Notes: generated by a model not told the origin, from the letters alone. A stretch of DNA of 62,892 nucleotides, filler included, from Choristocarpus tenellus KU-1152 (GCA_964200185.2; 9 parts of 9 records of this genome joined end to end with filler, not necessarily neighbours in it); one strand, 5' to 3'. Counted from the first letter of the whole stretch, positions 1 to 14,277 are shown. Numbers and translations: made by a program.

Positions 1-341
1 TTGGATTTGGTCGCAACCACAATGTTTTCTGGTGTAGTAAATTCTTCCTCCATTGATTCGGCATTGGCTTGAACACTCTTGGGGGGGTTCAATTGGATAT
101 TTTGTAGTCATGCAAAATGTATTTCCTTTGAAACTATTTTGTGTTTGGTTTGGTGTGGCTGTTGCTTGAGTGGGTATTTCTGCACATGGTGGACTCATGG
201 TATGCTTCTACACACGGAAAGGGGAGTTTGGAGCTATTTGAGTATATATTGTATCTTGGATTTGGTCGCAACCACAATGTTTTCTGGTGTAGTAAATTCT
301 TCCTCCATTGATTCGGCATTGGCTTGAACACTCTTGGGGGG
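1..341. repeat. Direct duplication, period 255 bp (1-85 repeated at 256-340), cut by the window start
   Basis: ttggatttggtcgcaaccacaatg...aacactcttggggg occurs identically at positions 1 and 256. Confidence 0.85.
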
Positions 342-636
342 CAGGCAGTAATGCCCAAATGCCCAAGACAGTAAAGTAAGGAATTTTAAACACCCAAGAT
401 AATCATTATTTTTTCATCGCGCCAGAAACTGTTTTGAGGTATACCCATAAATGTCGTCAAAATCAAATCTGACTCAAGTGTATTTCTTACCTATTCTTTG
501 CTGCCTGCCTTGAAGCCGCAAGAAACTCCTTCCCATTACATTACTTTTTCCACCCCACAAACGGCTAGAGCCGGTGTTGAACAGACCGAGTACGAACTAG
601 TGCTGTTAGTGTCCCTGTATATACCTTTTTGGCCTC

Positions 637-665
637 AACCCTAACCCTAACCCTAACCCTAACCC
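637..665. repeat. Interstitial telomere-type repeat (AACCCT)x~5
   Basis: aaccctaaccctaaccctaaccctaaccc. A second, imperfect tract lies at 52758-52782. Confidence 0.9.
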
Positions 666-1592
666 AATGTGCAACTCTGGTGTTATCTAACAAGCAATGA
701 GATTCGAAGTAGCCGTGAGGCTGGTGGCGTTGAGGTTTGAAGGGTCCCTCTGAGTTTTGTTTCTAGTGGCAGGTGTATTTTGGAGCACACAGCTAAGTAA
801 GGAGTGTGTAGTTTAATTGACTGTATTGTGAGTACATCAGTTTTCGGAAAGAGGAAGTTTGTTTGCCCTTGCTAGACACTTTTTTTTAACTCTTTTGCGT
901 GGCATCATGGAGACCAAGGAACACTTCAATGATACGTTTCTTAGAAAGATAGAAATGGTTTATAAAAAGACCAACGAAAGACAGACAGGCACACCCCTCT
1001 TGGTTACCTCTTTTATTTCTTTTGGCTGTAAGTCCTAAGTCTGAAGTTTGTGACCCGAACCTTACCTTACCTGGAAAAAGGTTTACATTGATAGTGGTGC
1101 AGTGTATGTTTTACCTTTTTGATAGTATTGGATGGTAAAACCGTATTCGCACGCAGACCCGAACACAAATTCTGTCATTATTTTTTATTTTTTACAATGG
1201 TTAAAAAAAAAAAGAGAGTTAAAATCCTCTTTTTCTATCTGAAGCCCTTTCTCAATCCACCCATTAATATTTCTCTCTATGTTGTCCCCTCCCACCACTT
1301 ACTTGGTTGATATTTAAAACTCTATTTTTATTATCGAGTGTTAGCCCTAACCCTTGCCCAACTCTCACTCCCTGTCCCTATTTGTATTCATTATCTTTTT
1401 TTCTCCTTTTGTGTACTACTGTAATGATAACAAATGTAATAATATTTCCTCCAGTGGTCAACATACAGCTTAGGTACAGATTGGCAGAATAATGTTTTTG
1501 TAATAATGAGTAAATAATATTATAAATATTAATAATGTCATAAATTTATAATCCCGTTTTAAATAGCAGTTTTTTTTTAATATACTCTGCAG

Positions 1593-2667
1593 GGGCCAAG
1601 AATCAGAGAAGCTGGTTCGATTGCTGCAGGAGAGGGATTCTCAGCTGGAGGTGGCGGAGAGGTTGGTGGGGGAAGCAGAGAAGGGGCAGAAGACACAGGC
1701 AATGCGACTTGAAACTGTGGTGGCAGAGAAGGCAGACATGATGGGAATCATGGAGGTGAGGTTGACCTTTCTTTGAATGTTGTTTGGGGGCAGTGAGTGG
1801 GGAGGGGGAGGGAATTGCAGTTATTGGGGTTTGCACGGATGGTGGCGTGCGTGTTTGTGTGTGAGTGTTTTCTGTTTTGTCATTGATAATTGGGTGTTGA
1901 GAGAGCCTGTTTTGTTCTCTACCCCTGAACTAGTTGCTGGTTGAGGATAACCTTAGCCATATGTATGTCGTGTATGCAAAGTACCATTACTAAACAATAC
2001 AATTGATACTATTTGGTGGTAAGTGTATTGTATTGTAGTTAGTAATGGTTGCGTGCCTCCCTTCTTCAAACTGGTGTGGGTGTGAGCAGATTTGGTTTTT
2101 TGTTGGGGGGGGGGGGGAGTTTGTGGTGTGTTTGTTGTTGATATGTTGTTCATCACTGTTTGTACAATGATAATGTATGTGATGGATGATGGATGGCGTT
2201 CTTTTTTTTCCTTGATTTTGCAGGAGCTTCGTGCACAAATGAGAAACATGGTTCAAGCTAGTCAGTATGAGCGGGAGGTGAGTGTGGCTATGTTGGTGTG
2301 GGGAAGAGGAGAGTGGAGTGGATTGGTCAAAAAGTTTAGAAAGAACGGTGGAAGGGGATTAAAAGAGCTGGGTGTGCAGGGTATTATTGTTTTCATTGTT
2401 ATTGTTGACATTTTGTTTGAAGTGTATTTTATACTTTGAAAATGGCATGTGTACCTTACGGTTAGGGTTGTTATCTTGCGCCCTTGGGGGGGGGGGGGGG
2501 GGGGGGGGAAGGGGTGTTTTTTTGGTTGTGTTTNNNNNNNNNNNNNNNNNNNNNNNNNNNNNNNNNNNNNNNNNNNNTTAATTAATTAANNNNNNNNNNN
2601 NNNNNNNNNNNNNNNNNNNNNNNNNNNNNNNNNACCCAGAAAGATGGGAAGGAGGGGGGGGGTGGGG

Positions 2668-2715
<48 letters not shown>

Positions 2716-5700
2716 CGGTCATTAGGTAAATTCTGGAATACTCAAGGAACCTGAAATTTGCAAAGGTCTCTGTGGGATTAGTGTAAGTAGGATGGCCTTA
2801 CACAGCGTGCATATATCGTGTTTAGGTACGCGAGTGTTGGCATTATGTTAAAATCTTCGAGCAGTAGTTTCCTCGATTGTGAAGAGTTTTGGGTTTATCT
2901 TGTATGGGATAATTCCCCCTCTCTCTAGATACCTACCGTCGATGGCAAGATGATTTTCTTGTTCTCGGCAAGAAAATTCCTGAAGGATGTAAGCTCCTGA
3001 ATCAGGCATTTAAACTGGCTCGTGGGTTGTGTATTTTTATTTTTTTATGCATCCAGGCTAGGCTTTGTCCCAGTCTTGGTAGGCGGTTCTCCTTTTGAAG
3101 GTTAAGTGCAATACAGGACCACTCATGAGCATACTTGTTTTTGTAGAAGATATAAATTGATCCTTGTAAAACATCAATGTGTTTGTGTTGTTTTGGGGTA
3201 AGAATCTCATCTTGCTCTGCTTCTCTCTTGTCTTGACAATTCGGTTATGGTCACTAATTATTTTTTATTACAAAATTTGGGGTAAATCTCACAGACCATC
3301 CGTCAACAAGATTTTTCCTGTTTATTTCCATGAGGCCTTGCGTCATAACTAGTGCTGTGAATTGAGAGTATCTATGGGTGTGCTTTATGCAGCTGGCAAG
3401 GAATGTTCTATATAAGCTATTAGATTTCAATCTGAATTGTACCCACGGTGCACAGATGAAGGCGTGTGAATCACCAAGCCTGGTGGGCAATGCATGCAAT
3501 GTGTGTGTCAAACATCAGTAGCTGACAGTAGCCTCCCCTCCCCCCCATGCCCCAAGGATACACAAATTATGAAACACTCGGCAGTGACAGAACTATATGA
3601 TGTTTCCTTTCAGGACCGTTGTGATGTCAGCGCTGTCTAAGAATTCTATGCATTAGTAGCATGCAAGGGATAAAAAATGAAAAGAAATATTTTGGCTTGT
3701 TACTGTTAGCCCTTTGTTCTGAAGGTTTTACGGCCTGTTCTGTGAAGCGGCGAGGAGAGTGATGTTAGAGGTTACTGCGTTATGTCACATTGGCCTGTCA
3801 ACTCTTAAGATGGCTTGTTGGCGGTGCTCTCAACGGTGTCGATTTTGAATGCAATGTGTTTGTTTTTTTATACACTCCTGCCAACATTTTGGAGACCTTT
3901 GTCAAGGTAAGTCCAGAGATTGAAATGAATCTGTCTGTAGGATGTGTGTGATAGGCTTGTAACCGACGAACTGCTGACTCCATTTTTTTTTTCTCCCATG
4001 TACTTGTGTAGAAGAAATAGTCCTCCCCCCCAGATATACCTTTTTTTGGTTGTGTACTGTGGTGATGGAGTGAATAGCCGTATACCTCTGATTGTGACTT
4101 TTTTTCTTTTTTATGAAACTGTCAGATTGATTTGTCTGTCGATGGGTATATGAGAGCTGTGCCGTGAAGGTTTGTGCTCAAAACATAAGAATGTTGTGAT
4201 ATCATGTTCAGTGAAAAAGCCCGTTGTGTTGTCACAGAGACATGTGAAATGCTTTCGGATGATGCTGTGCATGACTTCTCCTCAATACCTCTCTTCGATC
4301 AACCCCTAGAGGTTTAGGGACTAGCCTGTTACATGCATGTTTTGTTGGTGCAGTTTTAGGGTTAGGGTTGAGATCGCACACACAATTTACGCCTATCCCA
4401 TGAGATTGTCATATACCTTATCCCTTAAATGGACCGTACAAATGCTGATGCAGGTGGCTACTCTTGTTGTCGAGGCACAGCAACAATCAGCAGAAGCTGA
4501 AGAAAGGGCTCGGCGCTTGTGTCAAGAGCTCTGTGGTGTCAGTGATGAGTTGGTATCGATGAGGTCTCTGAGGGACCAGGCTCTACTTCGAGAGAAGGCT
4601 ATGCTCGCAGAAAAGAACCAAGCCAATCATCTTCTGCGGATGACCTCTACCGACCAATCATCCGTGGCTGTTGAAGCACTTCTCAAAGAGGTGAACACTT
4701 TTGATTTCAAGTCTTGTTCAAGTAGAAGTCAAGTGAGGGTAATGCCTATAGTACTGTTGTGCTTGAACTCCCCTGTGGCTCTGAATACAAGCAAGTGTCT
4801 AGATATTTTCTAAGTTATACTCGGTCTAAGTAAGAGCACAGCAGGCATTATCCTCCCTATTGCATTGTTTTCAGGCTGTTTCAGAGGGCCCCTGAAGTCA
4901 CAACCACTTGTTTTTTCAGCTGTCATCACCCACAGCATATATATTTTTTCTATAATGTGATGCCTTGAGTACATGTGACTATTGGAGCGTTTGTTAAGCA
5001 TATTGAAAGTATGAATTATGCAAAATAGTTTATACTCTTTTTTGTCAAACCTTTGTTTTTTTGAGGGCATCAGTGGATAGGTGATACTTGTAGTGGTGCA
5101 GCTGGAGGTCAAAGGGGCGCATATCTGTTAATCATGTGATGTGTGTAAGTTTGTGTTGGATAGGATCAGGTGCTGGGTCGGTTTCTGGCTATTGTTCTGT
5201 TGCAGTTCAGTCCCCGGTCATCAGATCACTCCAGACTCTACCTCCCACTTCCATAAGAACCACCTCACTGTTCTTGGTGTGGTCAAACCTGTTCTCAACT
5301 CTAACCATTTTATTTTTTTTATTCCCACTTTCACATCAGGGGCAGGGCCTACAGATGGATAAGGAAAATAGTCACACATTCAATACCGATGCCAAGACTA
5401 GTACCCCAATGAAGACCACCTTGGGGAACAGGGTGGTGCAGACCCCTACCCTTCATACCTTTCAGAGACTGAGTGCAAGGAGGACTGGCGATATCGAAAA
5501 TTCAATCCGCAAGACTGGCAAGAAGACTGCACCCAAGCCCCTCACCTCTCTTGATGTGATGCTTAACGGCAGTTGGGGCGCTTCCAAGTCAGGGCAAGGT
5601 CAGGGGAAAAAGAGCAAGACTGCTTCTGCTAGCATGTTGACGATGCCTAATCAGGTGGAGATGCCTTTGTCTGGAGTTTGTCCCACCGAGCAATGTTCTA

Positions 5701-7981
5701 GCCCAACCATCTTCAAATATTGTACTTCCGAGGGTGCCTCTGACCTCCCCTCCTCTATCAAAGCTGTATTGTCATCTGGATCGGGAAGGCCTTCCAAGGT
5801 TGATTTCTGTACCAGTCCTGGAGTTCTTCGATCCCTTACCTCTGGGTACTCTAGCACATGTATTAGAAACAGCCCACCTGTCCTGCGATCTCAAGCCTCT
5901 GGAATTGCTTCTGGGAACACGACTGGGGACCTGGAGGTTACTGAGAGGGCCGGTGGACAGAGTATGACAGGGAGGGTGACTACCCACACATTCAGGGGTG
6001 CCTTCAATGTCCTTCAAAATGGTGATACAAGAAGGATCGAGGGGGGGGGGGAGGCTGGAAACTCTGGGACCAGCAATGGGCTAGAGGATGCTTCCGAGAA
6101 GGCCAAGACCTACATGGACACCAACAAGGGGGTGGGTCGTACCTCTAGTGATATCCCTATCAACCTTGGGGGTGTAGGGAGGAGTAAGCAGAAGAAGGGA
6201 GTAGGGTACACCTCTCGAGGGACCTCTGGGAATGCGTCTGGGTTGGTGGCGTTGCCGAGGAGGTCCGAGAGGAGGAACTCCAAGAGGGGGACAATGGGCA
6301 CCTCTGAGAATACCCCCAGTGTTGTTGATGTTGGCACGATGCGAGTTGTAGAGACAGGGGAGGGGTGCATTTCTGATGTGGGCTCTGGGTGCAACCCGGA
6401 GTTGGTGGAGGTGCCCGAGAAGACCGATGTGCGTAAGGGTGTTCGAAGGGGTGTGGGCTGTGTATCTGGGGGCACCTCCGGGGGTGCCCACATTTCTGTG
6501 GAGGAGCCTGAGAGGGTTGGAAGATTCAGCACGAAGGCGGGAAGGGGGTTGGAGGGAGAGTCCAGGGTGCCAGTTTCATCTAGGAGGTTAGCGGAATGTA
6601 CAATGTAGTTTCTGAAAACATACTAAGTCACATGTATATTTTTTTTTACACAGAGTATTGTTTTGGAGGGAATTAGTGATTCATTAGATGAAAAGAGTGC
6701 TAGTGCTGGGTGATGTTGGAATAGCACCAAGAGTGTTCTAGCGTGTTTGTTGCGCTTCAGGGAGAGGGCATTGTTTGTATTTGGTTGTTGTGTCACCTGT
6801 CTTGGTTCATGTCTGTTTTGACATCAATGCCAAGAGAATGCTATTTATCACCTTGGTTTAGTCAACCCCCACATTCTTTGTTGGTGCTCCTCTTTTCCAG
6901 GGTTGCCCGCATGGCACTCAGAGCAGAGGAGTCAACAGAAGAGGTTCGCACAACAGTGTCCCAGCGCACAAGGTACGTTTTTGTATTAATTTATTTTCAT
7001 TATTGTTCTCATTTTGTTTCCTATATAGCCAGCCTATATGGAGTATCTGTGACCAACAGCCGAACCAATCAGTCTGAATCGATTTTCTTCAAATGCTTTA
7101 GAGTTGTATTTGTAGAGTTCTAGCTGTTTTATATCTAACTGATTAATGTATTGATTGTTACCTTTTTAGTTATTCTATCCTAGCAACGTTTTGTTTCAAT
7201 GGTTCAACCTGCTGACCGCAATTGTTTGTTTGTTTTCATATTTGATTCTTCCTCTGTTTATAGTACAAATTTGCGACAGCTTGAAGGGCAGACTATGAAT
7301 GCACAAGATGTTACCAGATGTGTTTTTTTGTTGAGGTCTTGCAAAAAGTCAATATAAAGCTACCCTAAAATGTCAGTCAAATCCTACTACATCTACCTAT
7401 TTTACGCCACCTGACGCAAAGTTGCAAGAATCGCCTTCCTGTTGTGGTGTTTTTTCTGCCCCACACACTGTTCGAACTGACCCTGAACAGAGGAAGTATG
7501 ACATTACTTTAAAATGCCTGGCCTGTGTCTTTTAAAGTTTTGTACAGGGAATGGCATGTTGGATGATCAACTCATCATATTTTCAACGCGTATGAGAACC
7601 AAGATTGGTTCATGTGACCGATTGTAAACTATGCTTGTTCACATTTTTTTTTTTCACAGATTATGTACTGGGATATCTGAAGGTAATTGAAGTATATCTA
7701 GTGGGATATGTTGCCCCAAGTGGTTGTTTGATTGATTTCTCATTCATTTTGTTGGTGCCCCATAACTCACCAAGGTCTTTGGGCTGCATGACTTAGATTG
7801 TGATACTTTTTTTCTCGGAGGCACAGTTGGATCTGTTTGTTGAAGGAGTCTAAAAAGTTGAGCCTTGATGACAGTGTCCTCATATTATGGAATATTTTCT
7901 TGACTAATGCCCCCTTGTTTATCCATTCTCAGGTCAAAGATGTTGACAGAAACTCGAAAGTCAATCCCAAGGTGGAGGTAG
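1593..7981 (+). CDS. Uncharacterised protein, 5'-partial: N-terminal coiled coil followed by a long S/T/G-rich disordered region. Exons 1593-1755, 2224-2277, 4454-4732, 5340-6586, 6901-6972, 7933-7981
   Basis: All exons are bounded by AG/GT and are phase-compatible. Translations include GQESEKLVRLLQERDSQLEVAERL..., ELRAQMRNMVQASQYERE, VATLVVEAQQQSAEAEERARRL..., GQGLQMDKENS... and the end SKMLTETRKSIPRWR*. The join across the linker at 2534-2633 is unverified. Confidence 0.65.
2534..2633. other. Artificial 100-nt contig linker (N..TTAATTAATTAA..N). The same linker occurs at 11893-11992, 15612-15711, 18635-18734, 43414-43513, 48352-48451, 52618-52717 and 59516-59615
   Basis: Same length and same central six-frame stop cassette at all eight positions. 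Confidence 0.97.
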
Positions 7982-10900
7982 AGGGCTACTAGAACAGAAT
8001 CTGGGAGGCTGATGTGCCTAGCCCATGGCAACAGAGGGGTTTGCGTGTATGCTCTCTAATTTTGATGGGGCTATTTGTGTGGTGGGGATTGGTGGGGATC
8101 GGCAACATTTCTGGGGGAACTAAGGGTAACTGAAATCTTTCTGGAATCAAAAGAACAAGTCCCAAGTCCATGACAGGAAGGAATCCAAGTCGTTCATGTT
8201 TTTATGTACGGCAAAAGTGTGCCCTCCATGGTCCAATGAGTTCAGGAGGTTAAACGTTGGTGCGTACAATCGTGTGCCTGAGATATTAGCTACAGAGCAA
8301 TATGGACAAACGCCTCCTATGATGGACTATCCGCAAGACAGAAGACATACCACTGGAATATGAATTTGGTACCGGAGCACAGTAGTGTAGTGATACTTGG
8401 ACTGCTCTTGGAAGTATGATGTGGTGCAGTAGGTATAGAGCTCTGGTGGTGACATGAGGACACACGTGCCCAAGAGGTATGCTATGACTGTTCTTATTAC
8501 TTTCTGTATTGATGTAGCCATTCCATGCATTGTCAGGTGGTGCAAGGGTGGTTAGAATGTTCCTCCTGACTGGCGAAAGATGTGGGGAATATAGTGATGA
8601 TTATTGTTGAACTGCTGGGCAGAAGGTGATGATTACCTGGTTAACCAGTAAGGCGTCCTTTCCCCAGTCACTGACCTCAGGATCTTTTGCGGAAAATGTG
8701 ACCTTTAGGTGCAGATATGTATATTTGTACCAAAGATAGTTGTTGACCTGGAAAGAAAATGCTGACTCAGGTGGTAACTGTGAAGAGTCGCTTGCACCAA
8801 ATTGCTAGAATGGGTGTGTGGTGTATGGTAGGTTAAAATGTTGTTGGTATGCTCTATGGGTTTATGGGGAGTGAGCAAATAATGTAAGCACAATATGTTA
8901 AGTTTGCATGTATTTTGGAGGAGGGGGGGAGGAAAGCAGAGGGGGGTTTTGAGGGGTGCAGATTGTGGTGAAGCAATGGTATGGACACTCATAAACTGCT
9001 TACACTACTGGACTGTGGAATCCTCAAAGCGATGCCCAATCTATTATTGGGTGCTTTGTGTTGGCAGCAGATTGTTGGAAGTACTGGGTGTGATACAGGA
9101 AGGTGTAAGTAGCAGCAGCAGTGAGAGGAGGATTGAAGATGAAGCTAGGAAATTAGTGTATCCGCAATAGGTCACTACAGATAGATGAGTTGGCCTAACC
9201 ATATACTACTTGTTCGAGGCAGTGCCCAAAGAAATTCAGTCAAGGGAATAGACTGTGGCGTCTCATTACTACTAAGAGGGTTAGTCAACATCGGTACATA
9301 AGGTGTTGGCTTGCAGGGAGCTTGGCCTTCTTGATAATTGGTTGTCCCTGCATTGTTTGACTTGGAGCATATGTGTGTTCAAGTTCTGTATTTCATTGCT
9401 TTGATATTTTATTATTATGTAGAGTGCGTACAAACTATTTTGTATGAACTGAGGTAGTTGTGCTTATCTACACTTGACTATCACCTCGAGTTTTTAGTGT
9501 GTGGAAGAGTGAGATGATCACAAGAATGACTTGATTGATTTAGAGTGTCTTATTGCATGTAGTCGCGACACATGCTGTGTATAGAATGCACATTTGAGTG
9601 ACATCGAGTCCCCCCACATAATAAATTTATTCACAATATTGCATCAAAAAATGCACCAGGTACCACATAATGTTTTTATTATCACAGACGGAGCAACCCT
9701 TACACATATAGGATAGTTACATTCATGCCACTGCGCTACCCACACGAAACTACCAACATGCACCTTGAAGTGCGCACTGCTTGAATGCCATTATTTTCGT
9801 TTAACAACACATGCTTAATTTTTGCTTTGTAGAAGCATCCAACGCTGTAATTTCATTTTTTTTAAATGTAACACAAACAAAATTGATGTGGAACTTCGTC
9901 ATGTCTCCGACAACGGTTTTCACTAGTAGAAGTATTTAACAGTGCTAGAAATACTACTACTGAGCCAAACCAATTGAGAGTTAGGCAGTTTTGGACCCTT
10001 TCGCATTCTAAGCAGTCTTTTCAAACCCTGTGCATAAACTCTATTGTATTGCTTTATGTGCACAATAATGTAACCCCCTCAAAGTGACACCACAATTAAG
10101 GAGAGGTTCTTTCTGCAACTGTAGAAAATGGCATCATTTTACCTTTCTGGGGTTCCTTAATATGCAACCCTGCCAACCTCTCAATTGATTTGACTAACTA
10201 GAGCTCTGCCCACAGTTGTGACACCAAGGAGTGTAGACAGACAGACGCAGTGCCTGTTCGTATTCTGTTGACAATGGATTTTAATGTTGTAGCTATTACT
10301 CCGGGAGTATATAGTTGTCATTACTTTTCCACACGTCTGACTATCCATCATTGATTGCATCGAGAGCCAGTGATTCCCAGCCCTACAAAGTACTTGAACG
10401 TACTAGGGTTAGATTTGGAGTACCGCTGCTTCTAATATATTGCCGTAGCGGTAATATTCCCCCACTGGGAACCTTGCCCGCAATCCAGATCCTACATATT
10501 TCGTAGTCGTATGGTACGATGATGATTACTCTGGAACAAACGGCTATCCGCCAGTGCCTTACCCCTCTACGTCACACCTTTGTCACCACTTACTGGGTTC
10601 GGTTGATAAATTGCTTTGTGATATGCTATGCAGAAAAAGGCACCATCCAATATAACAATGGCACGAAAAATAGTTGCTACCCTCGGAGTACACACCAAGA
10701 AGATACCAGCGGTCCTCTTCCAATACGGGTTGAAGGTGTTTCCAGTGTTGAGGACACTACACATTGCCTATTTTGCGCAGTAGATACTGTCTACTGCAGT
10801 GCTTGTCACTGGATGAGATATTGTGATACTGCCGCGGATAAAATATGACCATACAAACGAACTACATCTGTATGGAACAAAAACAAACTCCTCTTGTTCG

Positions 10901-13012
10901 AAGAATGCGAATTCGCGTTCAATTCAGTAAGCCAGTGGTTAATGTATTAACTTCCTCATCCAACATTCTTTCCAGACACTTTGAGCATTAAATGGAACAA
11001 TCCATCTGGAGTTGCACCTATCAGGAAATAAATGTGATTCATAATCCACTGTGTCATAATTACACATTGTTCAATGTTGTGTGCACCAACACTTTGCCTG
11101 AGTAATCTGACCATTACTACTCTGGAGTACATACCATGAAAGACATTTATACCACTTCATCAACAATAGACCCCCTTCCCCCACCGCCAAAGTCCTCATG
11201 TCCACGCCCCTCTTAATAGGGCTAAGACGAAGGTACTACAGAGTATAAGTTTTGGGATTGATTAATTTCCATATGAAAACGCCATGATGGGGATGTCAAG
11301 AAGGCCCTTGTGCATGTAGCAGAGAGGAAAGATGGACAGATCCAGTGCATCATACGACACACGTGATGACAAATATCAAAATATGCAATTCTCATCCTCT
11401 TCCAACCCTCTAAATCGATAAACTTAATGCCTTCATCGAGAGTACCCCGGAATTGACTGTAGACACAGCTAATGACAAGAAGGGCGCTGTGGTCAAGGAA
11501 ATTTATCTCGCAATGAGCATGTCATGCATTGTGTGCTCTTAGAAATTGAAACACATATATTAAAATCCACTTGAACCAGTTCGTCAAGGAAGGCATGCAC
11601 CTACATAGCACCCGCCTATTATCTCCTGGAGCTCCAAACTTAAGGTTACAGCTTCAGAGTGCATCCTCCTCACCCAAAGCGTCTCTAGCAACATGCACAA
11701 TATGCCTTATGCCAAGTCACACATAGGATGAGATGTGATGGGGATACAACACAATGTACATTGACGAAGAGGAAGACATTCAATGGTATTACAAAAAGAG
11801 TTGAAAGCAGCAACTCGAGGGTCAAAGTATCTTGGGGGGGATGTCGGCGTCCGTTTTTCACCCTTTTTTCGATTTTCACTTTTTTGGTGTGANNNNNNNN
11901 NNNNNNNNNNNNNNNNNNNNNNNNNNNNNNNNNNNNTTAATTAATTAANNNNNNNNNNNNNNNNNNNNNNNNNNNNNNNNNNNNNNNNNNNNCAGGGTAT
12001 ACCTTCTACAAGATATTCAAGATAGGTAACCTTCAGGGTATACCTTCTGTGGAATGTGGCTCTCACACCTATACTCATTTGTAGAAAAAAAATAGAATTT
12101 TGCGCATTTTGTTGGCATCCTAAAAATGCAACTTTGGGTACCTCTCACTTACTTTGACTCTTTATTTGGTCTTCCCATCAAGAACGTCGCACGAAATCGT
12201 CTAACGAAAACTTCAACCTCTTTCCCCAAATATTCAACCCTGTAAGACCCAATTAATTATTACTTCGAAGGTACGCTCCTTTGTCCATGTAGAACTCACC
12301 ATCCGTATCTGGTTCAAAACGAAACAGATCCTTTAACCTTGACAGAATTGTAACCTCCCTCACCACCTCACTCTACACACGATTGCTTCCGCGGCAAGGG
12401 AGGGTCATCCCAACTGCTATCTGCTATGGTCTGACTCCGATATATATTACCTCAAGAATACAGGGATGTCTTGGAAATAGGAGTTTTTAAAGTACTCCTT
12501 TTTGTTTTACCCTATGAACTGTGATCTAAGTTATTTGTAAAAAGAAAGGGAGATGAGAGGAGAGAGTGTAGAATGATGATGAGGGATTGGGTACAATTTT
12601 CACTATTATTTTTATTATTATGCCCTCTGACATTTTCCATATTTACACTATTATATTACTTCAAGTCTTAGTATCGATATGATTATTGTGTTGTACACGA
12701 AAACTGATTGTCAGTCCTTCTAGTATTTTATTTTTCTGTAACTGCACGATATCTCCTATGAGAACCATATACCTTCATCCTTCATCGGGTGCCCTCTCCC
12801 CTCCTCTCGTACAATCATCATCACTTGTTGCTTTTGCTGTATGCCGTGTATCTCATATTTGGTTCTGGTCACAAGCTTCTCGTGGAAAGGGTATTAGAGC
12901 TGTGTAGATATGCTCGACAGGTAATCGTGTTGCTTGACGATGATGAAGGAGACACAATATGGCCTTCCTGTAGCATAGAGGTACAGCGAGCGACAAGACG
13001 TGAGCTGGGACC

Positions 13013-14277
13013 ATGGAGGATACCGATGAGCTGGTGCCGCAGCCTGACAGCAACGGTGTCTTGGACTTGACTCACAGAGCATGGGTCCAACTGGACAACG
13101 TGGTGTGGACAATGTGAGCCTAAATTACTCAGTTCCCGAGGGTAGTGTGCGTTGTGTGTCTACTCGTGCAGATAAACGTAATAGGTACCCTACAAATATT
13201 TAGGCTCCAACGTTTTTGGACTGCAGCGAGGAGGACCAGAGAGGGATGCACTAAACACGTATATGAGACCCCTCACATTTTCTATCTTATACACAGGAAG
13301 CGGGAGCTCATGGTCCTCAACGTATCCTTCAATAACATCGAATACATCCCCCCGGAGTTGGGGGACCTCGATCTTCTTAGGTGAGACGAAAACAGACATT
13401 TTGATGGGAACCTTTTCCCAAAACAGAGAAGGAAGAGTATCCAACTCAAGGCATGTTCATCCTTTTTGAAATTTTTATCTATCAACACTAGACAAATCTC
13501 GATATATGCATGTACTCCGAAGCATTTGCCATAGGTTTTAAAACATCACATAACAATAAATTGTAAGTACAGATTTCCGTGTTCTTCCCCTGTCACTCCA
13601 CTGACGCAACGTCAGAAACATACCAGCAAGCATGGAAATATATACACAACTAATCTCGATGCTTTTTTTTATTGGATCAAGTATGAGGCATGAGTGAACA
13701 TGACATTGGCATCAAATACGTAAGCACTGGGCTACAGCTATGCGCTTTAGCAATAGAAATTTGGATTGTGTGGCAAATTCCTCTGAGATGTTGCTCACCA
13801 ACACGCACTAAGTATCTACTATTGTCATCAGGCTGTTTCGGTATTACAGGAATTCAATTTCGCCGAAGTAGTGGATCACAGACATCTAATGCCAGCATAA
13901 TGAAATCTCCCATATGTGACGTTCCACAAATCGATTCCTTACCTAGAGTGATGAACAATGAAGATTGAGGGGGTTTGGTTGGGAATGTCACGGAGTGAGA
14001 ATATCCTATTGACTGAATGCAACGTACAGGCCAACTTATTGGAATCATATCGACTTTAATACATATCTCCACTGTATCCTTTGCTACTCATTAGTATCAT
14101 TTCATTTGCGTTTTTGTACGACTCTTCTGTGATACCAGGGAACTCAATGTCTCTTGCAACAAGTTAGAAACTCTACCACCAGAAATAGGAAATTGTAAGC
14201 GATTGCACCGATTGAAGGCTAACGGCAACTACATCGAGAGCATCCCTCACGAGTTGGGTGATTGCTTGCTACTTGAG
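13013..14277 (+). CDS. Leucine-rich repeat protein, 3'-partial. Exons 13013-13113, 13297-13380, 14139-14277
   Basis: Spliced product MEDTDELVPQPDSNGVLDLTHRAWVQLDNVVWTMKRELMVLNVSFNNIEYIPPELGDLDLLRELNVSCNKLETLPPEIGNCKRLHRLKANGNYIESIPHELGDCLLLE contains three LxxLxLxxNxLxxLPxELG repeats. Introns are GT-AG and phases match. Confidence 0.88.

Noticed and set aside
2578-2589. Recurrent TTAATTAATTAA motif
   Set aside because: It is always centred in a 100-nt N block, so it is an artificial linker and not biological.
5136-6608. 490-aa ORF as a standalone gene
   Set aside because: The first ~68 codons are intron-like and end in a polypyrimidine acceptor at 5339, and a donor at 6587 joins in phase to later exons. 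It is an internal exon.
8000-11800. Short ORFs between the coiled-coil gene and the second linker
   Set aside because: There are no recognisable motifs and several alternative weak exon readings. Left uncalled.
12300-12374. Possible minus-strand exon SEVVREVTILSRLKDLFRFEPDTD (AG...GT bounded), divergent from the LRR gene
   Set aside because: I could not link it to a phase-compatible upstream exon or any family, so support is too weak.
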